DNA from: a virus
Lineage: Duplodnaviria > Caudoviricetes
DNA: 64,000 nucleotides
Reading direction: 5' to 3' (one strand)
Virus record (IMG/VR): IMGVR_UViG_3300032265_002598
Span: 64,001-128,000 of that record
Under the pieces are notes generated by a model. That model was not told the origin of the DNA, made no database searches, and was given only the letters and a program-made list of their open reading frames with translations. The translations under genes were made by a program, and so were the position numbers. Shown piece after piece: positions 39,801-48,355 of the stretch (the first letter of the stretch is position 1; each line of letters starts with the position of its first letter).

Positions 39801-41218
39801 ATAGTGGATTAACTTTACCTATTAGTTTAACTGGAACTTATTTATATGTTAATAATAGTGGTAAATTATCTTCTTATGTAACTAGACCTAACAGTATTCT
39901 ATTCTCTAATAATGCTTCATATTCTACAGGAAATAGTAGCCTACGCTGGATCAATTCACAACAAGTTATGGCTATGGGAGCATCAGTTGATGTTACAGAA
40001 GATACAGTACCTACTAATGGCTATGATAGTTACTATAACATATTATTAAGTTCTAATTCACAAGTAGACACAGTATTTAATAATCGTGGATTCAATAATA
40101 GATTTGCTGTTTTAAATTCTGGCAATGATAGGACTATAGGTTTTCATATTGGTCCAACTGGTGCTGTAGCTATTAATACAGCATTGTCAAATTTATCATC
40201 TGTCAATCCAAAAGCAGCTCTTTATGTTAATGGTAAAACTTGGGTAACAGAACTAAAAATAGGAAATGATTCTGCTCCATCAGGATATTATTTAAGAACA
40301 GATGCTTCTGGAAATATTCGTTTTAGTAATCTTGATATTAATAATCAGTTTACTGCATATTCTACTGATGCTATTACTAATAGTTATCCTATTAACGTAA
40401 TTTCTACTACACAGGGTGTAGATGGTTCATTTATTACTAATTTTGGTTTTACCAAAAGAAACTCAAATGGAAATCCATTTACAGCAAGTGATGATGGAGC
40501 ATATGTTGCATATAATGGTTTAGCTTGGGTTACTGCTAGTGGTCTTAAAGCGTATCAAACCCAGCTGGAAACAGGTAATCCACAAAGTTCTCCTGGTATA
40601 GCTATTGGTTATAAACCTTCAGTAACTAGTACATTTAATACTCATGCATTCGCTGGCGGTTCATTTAGTCATACTAGCAAAACATATGATGGATCATCCC
40701 AATATGTTCAGTATTATTTAAGAACCCGCACAACAGGCCCAAGTAATACAACCAATCCTCTAGTTACTAATTGGTCAAAAACTAATGTTGTATCAGATGA
40801 AAGTCCTAATAACTGTATTAATTTTAATGATTTTTATGCTTTAGACTCTTATAGTCCTGGATATGATAGAGTTTGGGCATATAAAATTAGCGTTTCAGTA
40901 TTATGGCAAAATAGTACACAATCCACACCCAATAATACTGCTAGAAGATATGCTGGAACATATCAAATTGAGGGCGGTGTATATAGATCAGCCGATGGTT
41001 CTAATTTTTATAAGTTTGGTAATGAAAGCGTTAAATATTATGGAGATGCTATGCCATCTTTTATGGGATTATCTACTGAAGTTAGAAATACAAGTAGTAT
41101 TCCGAGACTCAGTATAGTTGCTAGTGGTGTTGGCGGATATACTGCTCTTTGGTCAGCTACCGCTAGAATTAATCAACTTAACCATCCCGGAGATCTTACT
41201 TTATACGGAACAGTTTAG
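36848..41218 (+). CDS. Tail fibre/adhesin with YadA-head-like beta-roll repeats
   Basis: Long 14-aa-period G/N-rich repeats and RVGIGT / RVGINT fibre motifs; the start overlaps the TMP stop (TAATG). Confidence 0.75.
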   Translation: MADTTISGTLNVGSGTTPDIKLSDTAGISSSFNINKLDIDFSIKGTGNGLMYFDASTGRVGIGTGVPDAVLHVVAPCAKDGLIIESVTNCPTGVTLLLVHNPQTAPVSGSYPAIINLAGRDTNYNKIAYGQIVSKILDPITGYTSGEILFTVDNRGTNTPVFKANVKNIVLGGNNSVSGYSYTVIGGSNAVTGVGITSIGAYNSGLSNSGLIIGNANIFNGTKIVALVNNSKFVGANNIAMGDTVAITGLSNIFIGNSNLLSGSNNILMGDNNSFNGDMSIGLTQLSSNTGSSGIIFGAYATNSGNNNIYIGNLNNLIGNSNNVVGSLVSVTGDSNNIYGSSDSILGSKLISIGSNQFLNTVTSGIFIGNDMSLSNSNKLLFLGMGNTNTKDGLAKSILIGINNNLSNGTPDQILLIGQSNIIQNITGSVVLGNTNNVSGSVSNNLVMGNSNAVSLISTNNLVLGILNNQTGIYIDSAGSITGSGKRPAGTVINSIVAGINNVVYAGNSHIVVGNKNAISGSSSNTLGSYNNLQNSTNAYNIGNSNFLVGSQLATVGSKINLIGQESVVFNTSNQQMNVFGSGNIVLGYNQVVNNGIAVGTSNRLDGLNNIVYGRNNTLGYTRNTCFMTDAGGTTITIPTKGMLAQYLQGDKILVSFQNPPSTSNTFVRTISAIVEDTIEPKTYITLDIPVILDYGNGYYSINNAFDDNNSPSNVVSGLIMPYQRMGGAGGAELNPVYGSNNIIVGSNNRYPFTSGLILGYNNYMSGVRNIAIGYGLTGVADDTLYLGTNNSNKMILDNYKIVFNSGKLQQNLIVKSASDSTSVLNANLNNNRVGINTDSPTSDFSVSGLLTTTDFKLGFSSPDAYVLTSNTNGVGTWQLPVRLSGTNGGMLFKITDKGASGIAEIGYDPNNKQLGFNLGGNNELYINSTGLFLNDQALAYKVRIRGSGGVDFARILFDTDYPNHRINFYNIGGNSGNFNNFTLNSGLTLPISLTGTYLYVNNSGKLSSYVTRPNSILFSNNASYSTGNSSLRWINSQQVMAMGASVDVTEDTVPTNGYDSYYNILLSSNSQVDTVFNNRGFNNRFAVLNSGNDRTIGFHIGPTGAVAINTALSNLSSVNPKAALYVNGKTWVTELKIGNDSAPSGYYLRTDASGNIRFSNLDINNQFTAYSTDAITNSYPINVISTTQGVDGSFITNFGFTKRNSNGNPFTASDDGAYVAYNGLAWVTASGLKAYQTQLETGNPQSSPGIAIGYKPSVTSTFNTHAFAGGSFSHTSKTYDGSSQYVQYYLRTRTTGPSNTTNPLVTNWSKTNVVSDESPNNCINFNDFYALDSYSPGYDRVWAYKISVSVLWQNSTQSTPNNTARRYAGTYQIEGGVYRSADGSNFYKFGNESVKYYGDAMPSFMGLSTEVRNTSSIPRLSIVASGVGGYTALWSATARINQLNHPGDLTLYGTV
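37361..38710 (+). repeat. 14-residue-period beta-solenoid repeats
   Basis: e.g. FIGNSNLLSGSNNI LMGDNNSFNGDMSI ... YIGNLNNLIGNSNN VVGSLVSVTGDSNN IYGSSDSILGSKLI; the repeat resumes at about 39062-39212 after an insert. Confidence 0.8.
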
Positions 41219-41240
41219 TTTTTAGGAAAGGATATTTATT

Positions 41241-42842
41241 ATGGCTACGTCAGCATTTCTTAGTTATGGTTCTTTTAGTTTTTCAGGAGTTAGTGGGTAT
41301 CCTATACCGGCTATTTCTATTTCCAAAGAATACCAAAGAAATGGAGCTGGAAAAACTATTGGAGCAACAACATCAGTAAATTTAGAAGGCAAATTATTTA
41401 CTGGTAGTGGAAATAGTGGACTTCCTCAATTATTAATACTAGAGAGTGGTCTTAGATCGGTTTTTATTGACGGAGGAACATTGACTTTTGGTTGTGGATC
41501 AACTAGTGGATCTTTTTCTGGAGGTAAAATATCAAGGTATTCTGCTAATAAAACAGATAATAATTGGACTACAACTATTGATTATAGTATTGATTTGCAA
41601 TTTGAAAATACTGTCACAACTGGCAATAATCCATTTTATGTTAGTAGTACTCAAGATGAATGGAGTATGGAAACTTTAGATGAGACAGCATTTGCTAGAG
41701 GGCCATTTAGTCTTGGTAATTATTTGCCAGGATATGGAAATCCTGCGCTTAATTTCAATCAAGGACAAAACTATCCTTTTTATAGAATTAGTCGCACTTT
41801 GGGAGCAGTTGGTAAATACATTCCATTTACAGGAGGTAGTGGAATTAGTGCTATTCAAAATGCTAAAGGTTGGGTTAATTATCAATTGGGAGATCAGCCA
41901 ACTTATAGTGGTGTAATCGGATTAACGTTGTATAATTTTGTCAGAAGCTTAAGCGTTAGTGAAGTTGAAGGATCTTTTAGATTAACAGATAATTGGATAG
42001 GAGTACCTACTGGAGTAACAATACCATATATAGAAACTTTTAATATTGATAGTTCATTAGATTCAGAACTTTTAAGAACAGTAACAATACAAGGAACAGT
42101 AAAGGGATTAGAACCATTTAATAGTGGTAATATATACAATTCTAATTTACTATCATATCTTAGTGGTTCTTTAAGTGGATCATTAAATCCTTTGTATAAT
42201 GATAATACTCATATAAATGGTATTAATAGTACTAAATTTATAAATGCATTAAGTGGATATGCTCAGATAAAATCTGGTTTACTTAATAGAATAAGCAGTG
42301 CTTTTGCTACTGGTACTTTAACTACTCTTGGTTATTCTACTTCTGCTACTAGTGGACTTTTGCCAATTAATCCTCTTCCAATGAGTATTACGGAAGGTAT
42401 GAATCCGGCAGAAGGTACAGTGACATACAATTGGGTTTTTAATAATAGACCAAGACCATATATAAACGGAGCTCTTAATGAGTCATTAACTATAGATGAT
42501 CGTCATGCTACTCCTATTATAGCTTCTATTTTCGTATTAGGGCGTAAATTAGGACCTATTTTACAAGACCTAGGAACTTTTAACGCATCAAGTAGAACAG
42601 TAAATTTTGAAGTGGTATTTCCTAAACCTAGTAGTTTAGTAGATATCGTATTCCCAGGAAACCATTACAATACTATAACAGGTGTAGTAGAGAGATTTAA
42701 TCCTGCTAGTTTTACAATTGGATATGCTGGTACAGTAGGAATTAAATCATATGTTACAGCTAATACTAGTAATTGGAATCCAAAAGAAGGACGAATCAGT
42801 GTTAGTAAAACCTGGGACTGGGTAAGATGTATAGAACAATAA
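41241..42842 (+). CDS. Putative distal tail protein
   Basis: 533-aa beta-rich protein downstream of the TMP; AGGAAAGG RBS. Function is from synteny only. Confidence 0.45.
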   Translation: MATSAFLSYGSFSFSGVSGYPIPAISISKEYQRNGAGKTIGATTSVNLEGKLFTGSGNSGLPQLLILESGLRSVFIDGGTLTFGCGSTSGSFSGGKISRYSANKTDNNWTTTIDYSIDLQFENTVTTGNNPFYVSSTQDEWSMETLDETAFARGPFSLGNYLPGYGNPALNFNQGQNYPFYRISRTLGAVGKYIPFTGGSGISAIQNAKGWVNYQLGDQPTYSGVIGLTLYNFVRSLSVSEVEGSFRLTDNWIGVPTGVTIPYIETFNIDSSLDSELLRTVTIQGTVKGLEPFNSGNIYNSNLLSYLSGSLSGSLNPLYNDNTHINGINSTKFINALSGYAQIKSGLLNRISSAFATGTLTTLGYSTSATSGLLPINPLPMSITEGMNPAEGTVTYNWVFNNRPRPYINGALNESLTIDDRHATPIIASIFVLGRKLGPILQDLGTFNASSRTVNFEVVFPKPSSLVDIVFPGNHYNTITGVVERFNPASFTIGYAGTVGIKSYVTANTSNWNPKEGRISVSKTWDWVRCIEQ

Positions 42843-42862
42843 TTTAGATATAAGGACAACAA

Positions 42863-45800
42863 ATGCCTCAACAGAATCCATTTACATGTTCTGGATCGTA
42901 TGAAGAAGTAGGGCCATATAATCAGACATTATTTTTAGGATGTAGTTTAACTAATTTTAATATTAATCTAGGTTGGGGAGCTGACGCTAGCTCTATAACA
43001 ATTGGTTTAGTATCAGACCCAGCATTTCATCCTGTATCACAAAGATATGGTCCACTCAACGCTTTAGTAAGTAGTACCAATGCTAATAATAATACTCCAT
43101 CTACAGCTTTAAGACAAAATGCAGATGGTTCAATTAGTGACACTGATGCTGGCAGAAACTTATTTAAAACTATATCTCCACAAATAACAGATCAAAATCA
43201 ATATAATGATTTGGGAAAAGTTTATTGGGATATTAATAATAGGAAAAAATATTGGACTGATCCTGATCCTGGATTTTTAGGATTAGCCAAATACCAACCA
43301 GATGGACAATTAGTTCGTAAAGCTTACGATATTATTGGTGTCCCAGCCTTTTTTAGATTTTCTTCTGGATTATCTTTTGGAGGTATGATTTCAGATTGGA
43401 AAGCTAATGGTGGTCAAGGAGGAAGTGGATTATTTGAAGTTACATTAAAAAGTTATTCCAGTTTATTAGCTGGTTGTTATTTGATTATTGATGATTATGT
43501 TGGTTCAATATCAACTTCAATTAATACTGATATTGCTGTTCCTTCAAATACTACTGGTGTTTATACCTCAGATATAGTTAAAGGAAATATACCAAATGTA
43601 TTTAATATTTTTGGATATTTAGAAGACAAAGGATTTGGATACGCTGGTAAAACAGATTCTGGAGTTTCAGCTCTACAGATTTATTATGCTTTACAGGATT
43701 TAACAGGAGGAACAGATTGTCCATTTTCCCCATATGGAGCATTGATTGCTAAACATCCGTTAACTATGGATGGCACTGTTGTTGACGTAACCAACCAAAC
43801 AGTATCTAGTCTTATTTCTTCTAATAACACTATGACTTTACAAGAGTGTGGCTTATGTCCTAATATTAATGCCACAGATGGTATAAAAAGGACAAAACTT
43901 AAACTAGATTTAAGTGAAGTACCAATACCTCCTAATGATTTATTTTTAAATACTGGTCCATATATTACTATATTAGATTTTATTAGCAAATTATGTGCTG
44001 GTGCCGGTTTTGATTTTTATGTTGATTTTCGTCTTCCGGAACAAAATGAAATCGGAAATTTTTCTGGAGTTATTGTTATCAGAACAGTAAGCAAAAGAAA
44101 TCAACCTCCAAGAGAAATTATTAAAAATATAGTAGCGAATTTGGTTAATGCTGGAGCAAAAGTCAGCTCTTACACATATGGACAAGAATATAATGATAAA
44201 GATATCAGAGCTATGTATATTGGTAGCAAACAACAAAGATTATTACAAGTCAGATCTGTAAATTTATCGATTAAACAAAGTAGTTTAGTTTTTGATCCAT
44301 ACTATAACAATGGTGTTGGTCATTTTATTGATTTTAATGCTAAAAATAATTCGAATGCTGGTAATGCCAATATCAATAAATATGAAAACTATTTTAGAAT
44401 CCCAGACCCAGGAAGCACAAGATATTCTCAGACTGCTACAGACGGAGGATCAGCAGTTGGTCAAATTAACGACTGGGATATTTTTCAATCCGTAGTACAT
44501 TTTGGTCCAAATTCTTTAGGTATTTTAAGAGGTAATTATTTTCCTACAGAAGAACAAGATCCAGCTTCTCTTTATCAAGGAAATCCCAATCCTGCTTTTG
44601 CAAATAATGAGAGCTATCCACTATATAACGATCTGATTAGTCCATATTTTGGTTACCATGGTCAAGATACGACTGCGACCACAGTACCATCTGCTATCGA
44701 TTGGCACGAACCAAGAAAAGTATATTTGGATCGTAAAATGGGTCAATTACAAATTGTTTTTAGAAATAATGATATTACTTCTTTATTAACAAAAGCTTTT
44801 ACATCTAGTGGTGAATTTGTTGTTTTAGAGAACGAAATCAGAGCAGCTGGAGGAGGATTTGAAGCTTGGTTTTCGTATTGTTTTGATAATATATTTAATA
44901 CAGATATTGCAGATTTGATGTACTCAGCATTTTGTGCTCAATACCCAGTTTTTGGAAATAGAAGAAATTTTCTAGCTGGTTTAAATATTATTAACTGGGA
45001 TGCTGTTAATAAAACTCCAGTTACTCAAACAAAAGAAACTAGAGCGTATACTATTAGTATAGAAAATGCTCAACCATATGTTCAATTTTTATATGCAGAT
45101 CTAAAAAAGATTCATTCTTTTTTTTCGGATATTTGTAACAACTATTATGCTAAAAAATTTATGGTTAAAACACCTAGAATGAGATGGTATCAAACATCTC
45201 CTTTTAGTAATAGCGAAGGTGAGACATTTGTTAAGTATCCAGATCCAAATGGTAATAATTTTGCTTATTCAGCTTCTAGTAGATTTTTTACAAATTGGGA
45301 AATATCCACAGATGGAGCATGGGAAGAAGAAGGTAATTTTATAGATGATACTATTGTTGTTGGATCTACTCAAGCAAGCTTATTTTCAGACAACGATAAT
45401 AAAATACAGCCTATTTTAGGATTTAATGCCAATGGAGATTTTGCTTCTAGAGACTTTTGGTCTCAAACATATTTAGCTAATCGTAGTAATCCTAATTCAT
45501 TAACTGCTTTAATGCTATCTAGATCACAACCTTTTGGATCAGCAGTAGATAGAGGATTATATTTTCATTTTCCTTTAGATCATAATATGGATCCTTCAGA
45601 TTATACCTATGTTCCATATATAAATCCAACATTAACTAATTTAGGTTTAACTAATCTGACTAATACTTTGGTTGGACAAACTTTAGCTCCAACAACTGCT
45701 CATGGAGAACCAGTTCCTTCTAATTGGCAATATAAAATGTATGCTAAGGCCGAAGTTGAGCCTAAAGTAATTTTCATAAAAGATGTTGATGATATTTATC

Positions 45801-48349
45801 GACCTAGAGCCATACTGTCTCTACAAAGTCCATTATATTTAGGAGGAGGTAAATCTGATACACAAGATTCTTTGTCGTACGTTCAATTACATGATGCTTT
45901 AATGATAATGAATAGAGGATCTTCCCAGCCACCAAATAATATATCTCGTACAAATAATTCTTTAAAAGTTACTTCCAATCCAATGAATTGGAAAGCTATT
46001 CTTTGTGCTTGGGGATTTTCTAGCACTATGAAATTAATTGGTGGTTACCATGGTGTGTCTATCAATAATTCAGCAGAAAATGTGTCTATTGTTAAAAAAG
46101 CTACTTGTCCAGAGTTTGCGGCAATACCTATTAAATTTAATAGAGCTACTTATGGTCCTTGGATAAATCATCCTGGGCTTCAAGGTGTTTCTTCATTAAT
46201 ATTTATTACTACAGATCCTAATGGATATGATCAAAATACTCTCAATAATTTAGTTAATAATTTAGTAGGTGGAGTTAAAGTAAATATTGATGATGGTCTT
46301 AATCCTTGGAGTTATGGAGGAACAAATGCTTTAGATGCTGTAGTTATGAATCAAATTAAAGATGATGTTAATTACCAGCAAGTTACTGAACATGGAAGTA
46401 TTAATGCTGTAGGTATGCTATTGAACGATCCTAATGGAAAACCATATAGTATAGGTAGCGTATTAAAATTAACTGCGGCAGATACAGCAGGACCAATAGT
46501 AACTAATTTGGGTCTCAGTTTAAATAATGGTGGTATTAGTTCTAACTATAATATGAGAACATATGTTAAGAAAATAGGATTTTTTAATAAAGAAAATTCT
46601 GATAGAATTAAAGACACAAGTCTAGAGTTTATGAGAAGACGCAGAGATACGAATAATAGTATCAATAATGCTTTAAATAAAATTAAACCAAATATTTTTC
46701 CTAATACTAGCAATAGTTTACTTGGAGGTTCAGATACTCCTAAGCCATTGAGATGGAGTCCTTTTGAAGTTTTAGCTGGAGCGGCATATCCGCAATTAAA
46801 TTTTAAAAGTTCTGTTGGAGATATTTATTCTGATTTAGGATTTTCTCCATCGTGGTCTAAATTACCATATTCTAAAGGAACAAGTTTCAATACTAAAGAT
46901 ATGTTGAGATATTTAACAAATGTCTCTGTTCAAGATATTCAAGAATTACCCAGAGAACTTAAAGATGATTATTCCCAAAAATCATTTATGAGCTTAGATG
47001 GATTATTATCTCCTATTTCTTTTTATCCAACTTTATATGGATCTACTTATAATATTACAAAATATCCTAGAGATCATTGTGAATTTTGTCGTGGAAGCGG
47101 AACTTATACTTGGGAAAAATTTGATATTCCTAGAGATTCAGGGTCTCAGCCGTCTGGTTTTGCGGGTTTAGTGCAGTTGAAGTCGAGTAAAACTGATACC
47201 TGTCCTTTCTGCGAAACTGCTTCTGATAAAGCTAAAAGATCTTATAAAAGCGCCTCCCCAAAACAAACTAATCCTCCATATATTCTAGCGAGTGGAGATG
47301 ATTTAACTATTATTTCTAAAAATGCTAATACTGGACAACCATCTGGTGAAAATAATCAAAATACAATTATTAATTATTCTACTTTAAATCCTGTAATATT
47401 AATTAGTGGTGAATTTAGTTGTTTTCAAAATAGACAATCCGGAGACCTAACCGGACATAGTATTGACTTGATTGGTTTTGGTTCAACAGTTCCAGAAACT
47501 GGTAATTCTTTAAAATTAGCTTATTCATCAACTATAGAGAAAAACTTTTTAGACTATGATCAAAACTATATCGATCATTGTACAGCACATTCTGTTCCTG
47601 GACCTACAGGTGCTTCGGGCACTCCAGCGAATAATGCAAGATTCTTTGGATTACGAGGACCACTAATGGTTCATGCTTGGGGATATGATTTAGAAGGATT
47701 CCCAGTGCCTAATTCTTCTGGTGAGCCAAAATTAGATTCTAATGGTGATATTGTTAAAGATGGTAGTGGTAATATAATATATAAAAATCAAATCCAAAAT
47801 TCTGATCAAACTTGGACACAGCCATATAAAGAAAATTCATTCTACAAAGGCTGGGGACAATTACCAGGAACATGGCCAGTTGGTCCCGTTGATCTTAGAT
47901 GGGATGATATTGCTGGAGTTTGGGTTGCTGGAGGCAATGGCTATAAGCCAATTTGGGTAGTTATAGAAACAGATTTAGTAGGAAATCAGCCATCTCGTGG
48001 CGAAATAGTAGATGACTCTTATAGTAATCAACCATTAGCTAGTGGATTACGTCGTTTAGTTTTTGTGAAAGATCCAATTGGAGTTAATGGTGCTCCAAGA
48101 GGTGCTCATATTTACTGCAATTATAATAGTCAAAATGGATTTTATGAACCAATTTATAATAAAGTAAGTTTAAGTTCAGGTATTATTAGAGGAGCAAATT
48201 CTGTAGATATGTATAATATGTATCGGAATACTAGTGGAATATATCTTACAACTTTTTCTAATCCTTTAGATTTTAATGTTAATGTTGGAGACGCAGGATT
48301 ATTTACTTTTATAGGTAGTGGATGGGTTTTACAATCTTATAGGTGTTGA
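42863..48349 (+). CDS. Putative tail tip/hub protein (1828 aa)
   Basis: Large beta-rich ORF following the Dit-like gene; contains CEFCRGSG...CPFC; AAGGA RBS. Confidence 0.5.
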   Translation: MPQQNPFTCSGSYEEVGPYNQTLFLGCSLTNFNINLGWGADASSITIGLVSDPAFHPVSQRYGPLNALVSSTNANNNTPSTALRQNADGSISDTDAGRNLFKTISPQITDQNQYNDLGKVYWDINNRKKYWTDPDPGFLGLAKYQPDGQLVRKAYDIIGVPAFFRFSSGLSFGGMISDWKANGGQGGSGLFEVTLKSYSSLLAGCYLIIDDYVGSISTSINTDIAVPSNTTGVYTSDIVKGNIPNVFNIFGYLEDKGFGYAGKTDSGVSALQIYYALQDLTGGTDCPFSPYGALIAKHPLTMDGTVVDVTNQTVSSLISSNNTMTLQECGLCPNINATDGIKRTKLKLDLSEVPIPPNDLFLNTGPYITILDFISKLCAGAGFDFYVDFRLPEQNEIGNFSGVIVIRTVSKRNQPPREIIKNIVANLVNAGAKVSSYTYGQEYNDKDIRAMYIGSKQQRLLQVRSVNLSIKQSSLVFDPYYNNGVGHFIDFNAKNNSNAGNANINKYENYFRIPDPGSTRYSQTATDGGSAVGQINDWDIFQSVVHFGPNSLGILRGNYFPTEEQDPASLYQGNPNPAFANNESYPLYNDLISPYFGYHGQDTTATTVPSAIDWHEPRKVYLDRKMGQLQIVFRNNDITSLLTKAFTSSGEFVVLENEIRAAGGGFEAWFSYCFDNIFNTDIADLMYSAFCAQYPVFGNRRNFLAGLNIINWDAVNKTPVTQTKETRAYTISIENAQPYVQFLYADLKKIHSFFSDICNNYYAKKFMVKTPRMRWYQTSPFSNSEGETFVKYPDPNGNNFAYSASSRFFTNWEISTDGAWEEEGNFIDDTIVVGSTQASLFSDNDNKIQPILGFNANGDFASRDFWSQTYLANRSNPNSLTALMLSRSQPFGSAVDRGLYFHFPLDHNMDPSDYTYVPYINPTLTNLGLTNLTNTLVGQTLAPTTAHGEPVPSNWQYKMYAKAEVEPKVIFIKDVDDIYRPRAILSLQSPLYLGGGKSDTQDSLSYVQLHDALMIMNRGSSQPPNNISRTNNSLKVTSNPMNWKAILCAWGFSSTMKLIGGYHGVSINNSAENVSIVKKATCPEFAAIPIKFNRATYGPWINHPGLQGVSSLIFITTDPNGYDQNTLNNLVNNLVGGVKVNIDDGLNPWSYGGTNALDAVVMNQIKDDVNYQQVTEHGSINAVGMLLNDPNGKPYSIGSVLKLTAADTAGPIVTNLGLSLNNGGISSNYNMRTYVKKIGFFNKENSDRIKDTSLEFMRRRRDTNNSINNALNKIKPNIFPNTSNSLLGGSDTPKPLRWSPFEVLAGAAYPQLNFKSSVGDIYSDLGFSPSWSKLPYSKGTSFNTKDMLRYLTNVSVQDIQELPRELKDDYSQKSFMSLDGLLSPISFYPTLYGSTYNITKYPRDHCEFCRGSGTYTWEKFDIPRDSGSQPSGFAGLVQLKSSKTDTCPFCETASDKAKRSYKSASPKQTNPPYILASGDDLTIISKNANTGQPSGENNQNTIINYSTLNPVILISGEFSCFQNRQSGDLTGHSIDLIGFGSTVPETGNSLKLAYSSTIEKNFLDYDQNYIDHCTAHSVPGPTGASGTPANNARFFGLRGPLMVHAWGYDLEGFPVPNSSGEPKLDSNGDIVKDGSGNIIYKNQIQNSDQTWTQPYKENSFYKGWGQLPGTWPVGPVDLRWDDIAGVWVAGGNGYKPIWVVIETDLVGNQPSRGEIVDDSYSNQPLASGLRRLVFVKDPIGVNGAPRGAHIYCNYNSQNGFYEPIYNKVSLSSGIIRGANSVDMYNMYRNTSGIYLTTFSNPLDFNVNVGDAGLFTFIGSGWVLQSYRC

Positions 48350-48355
48350 TATCAA

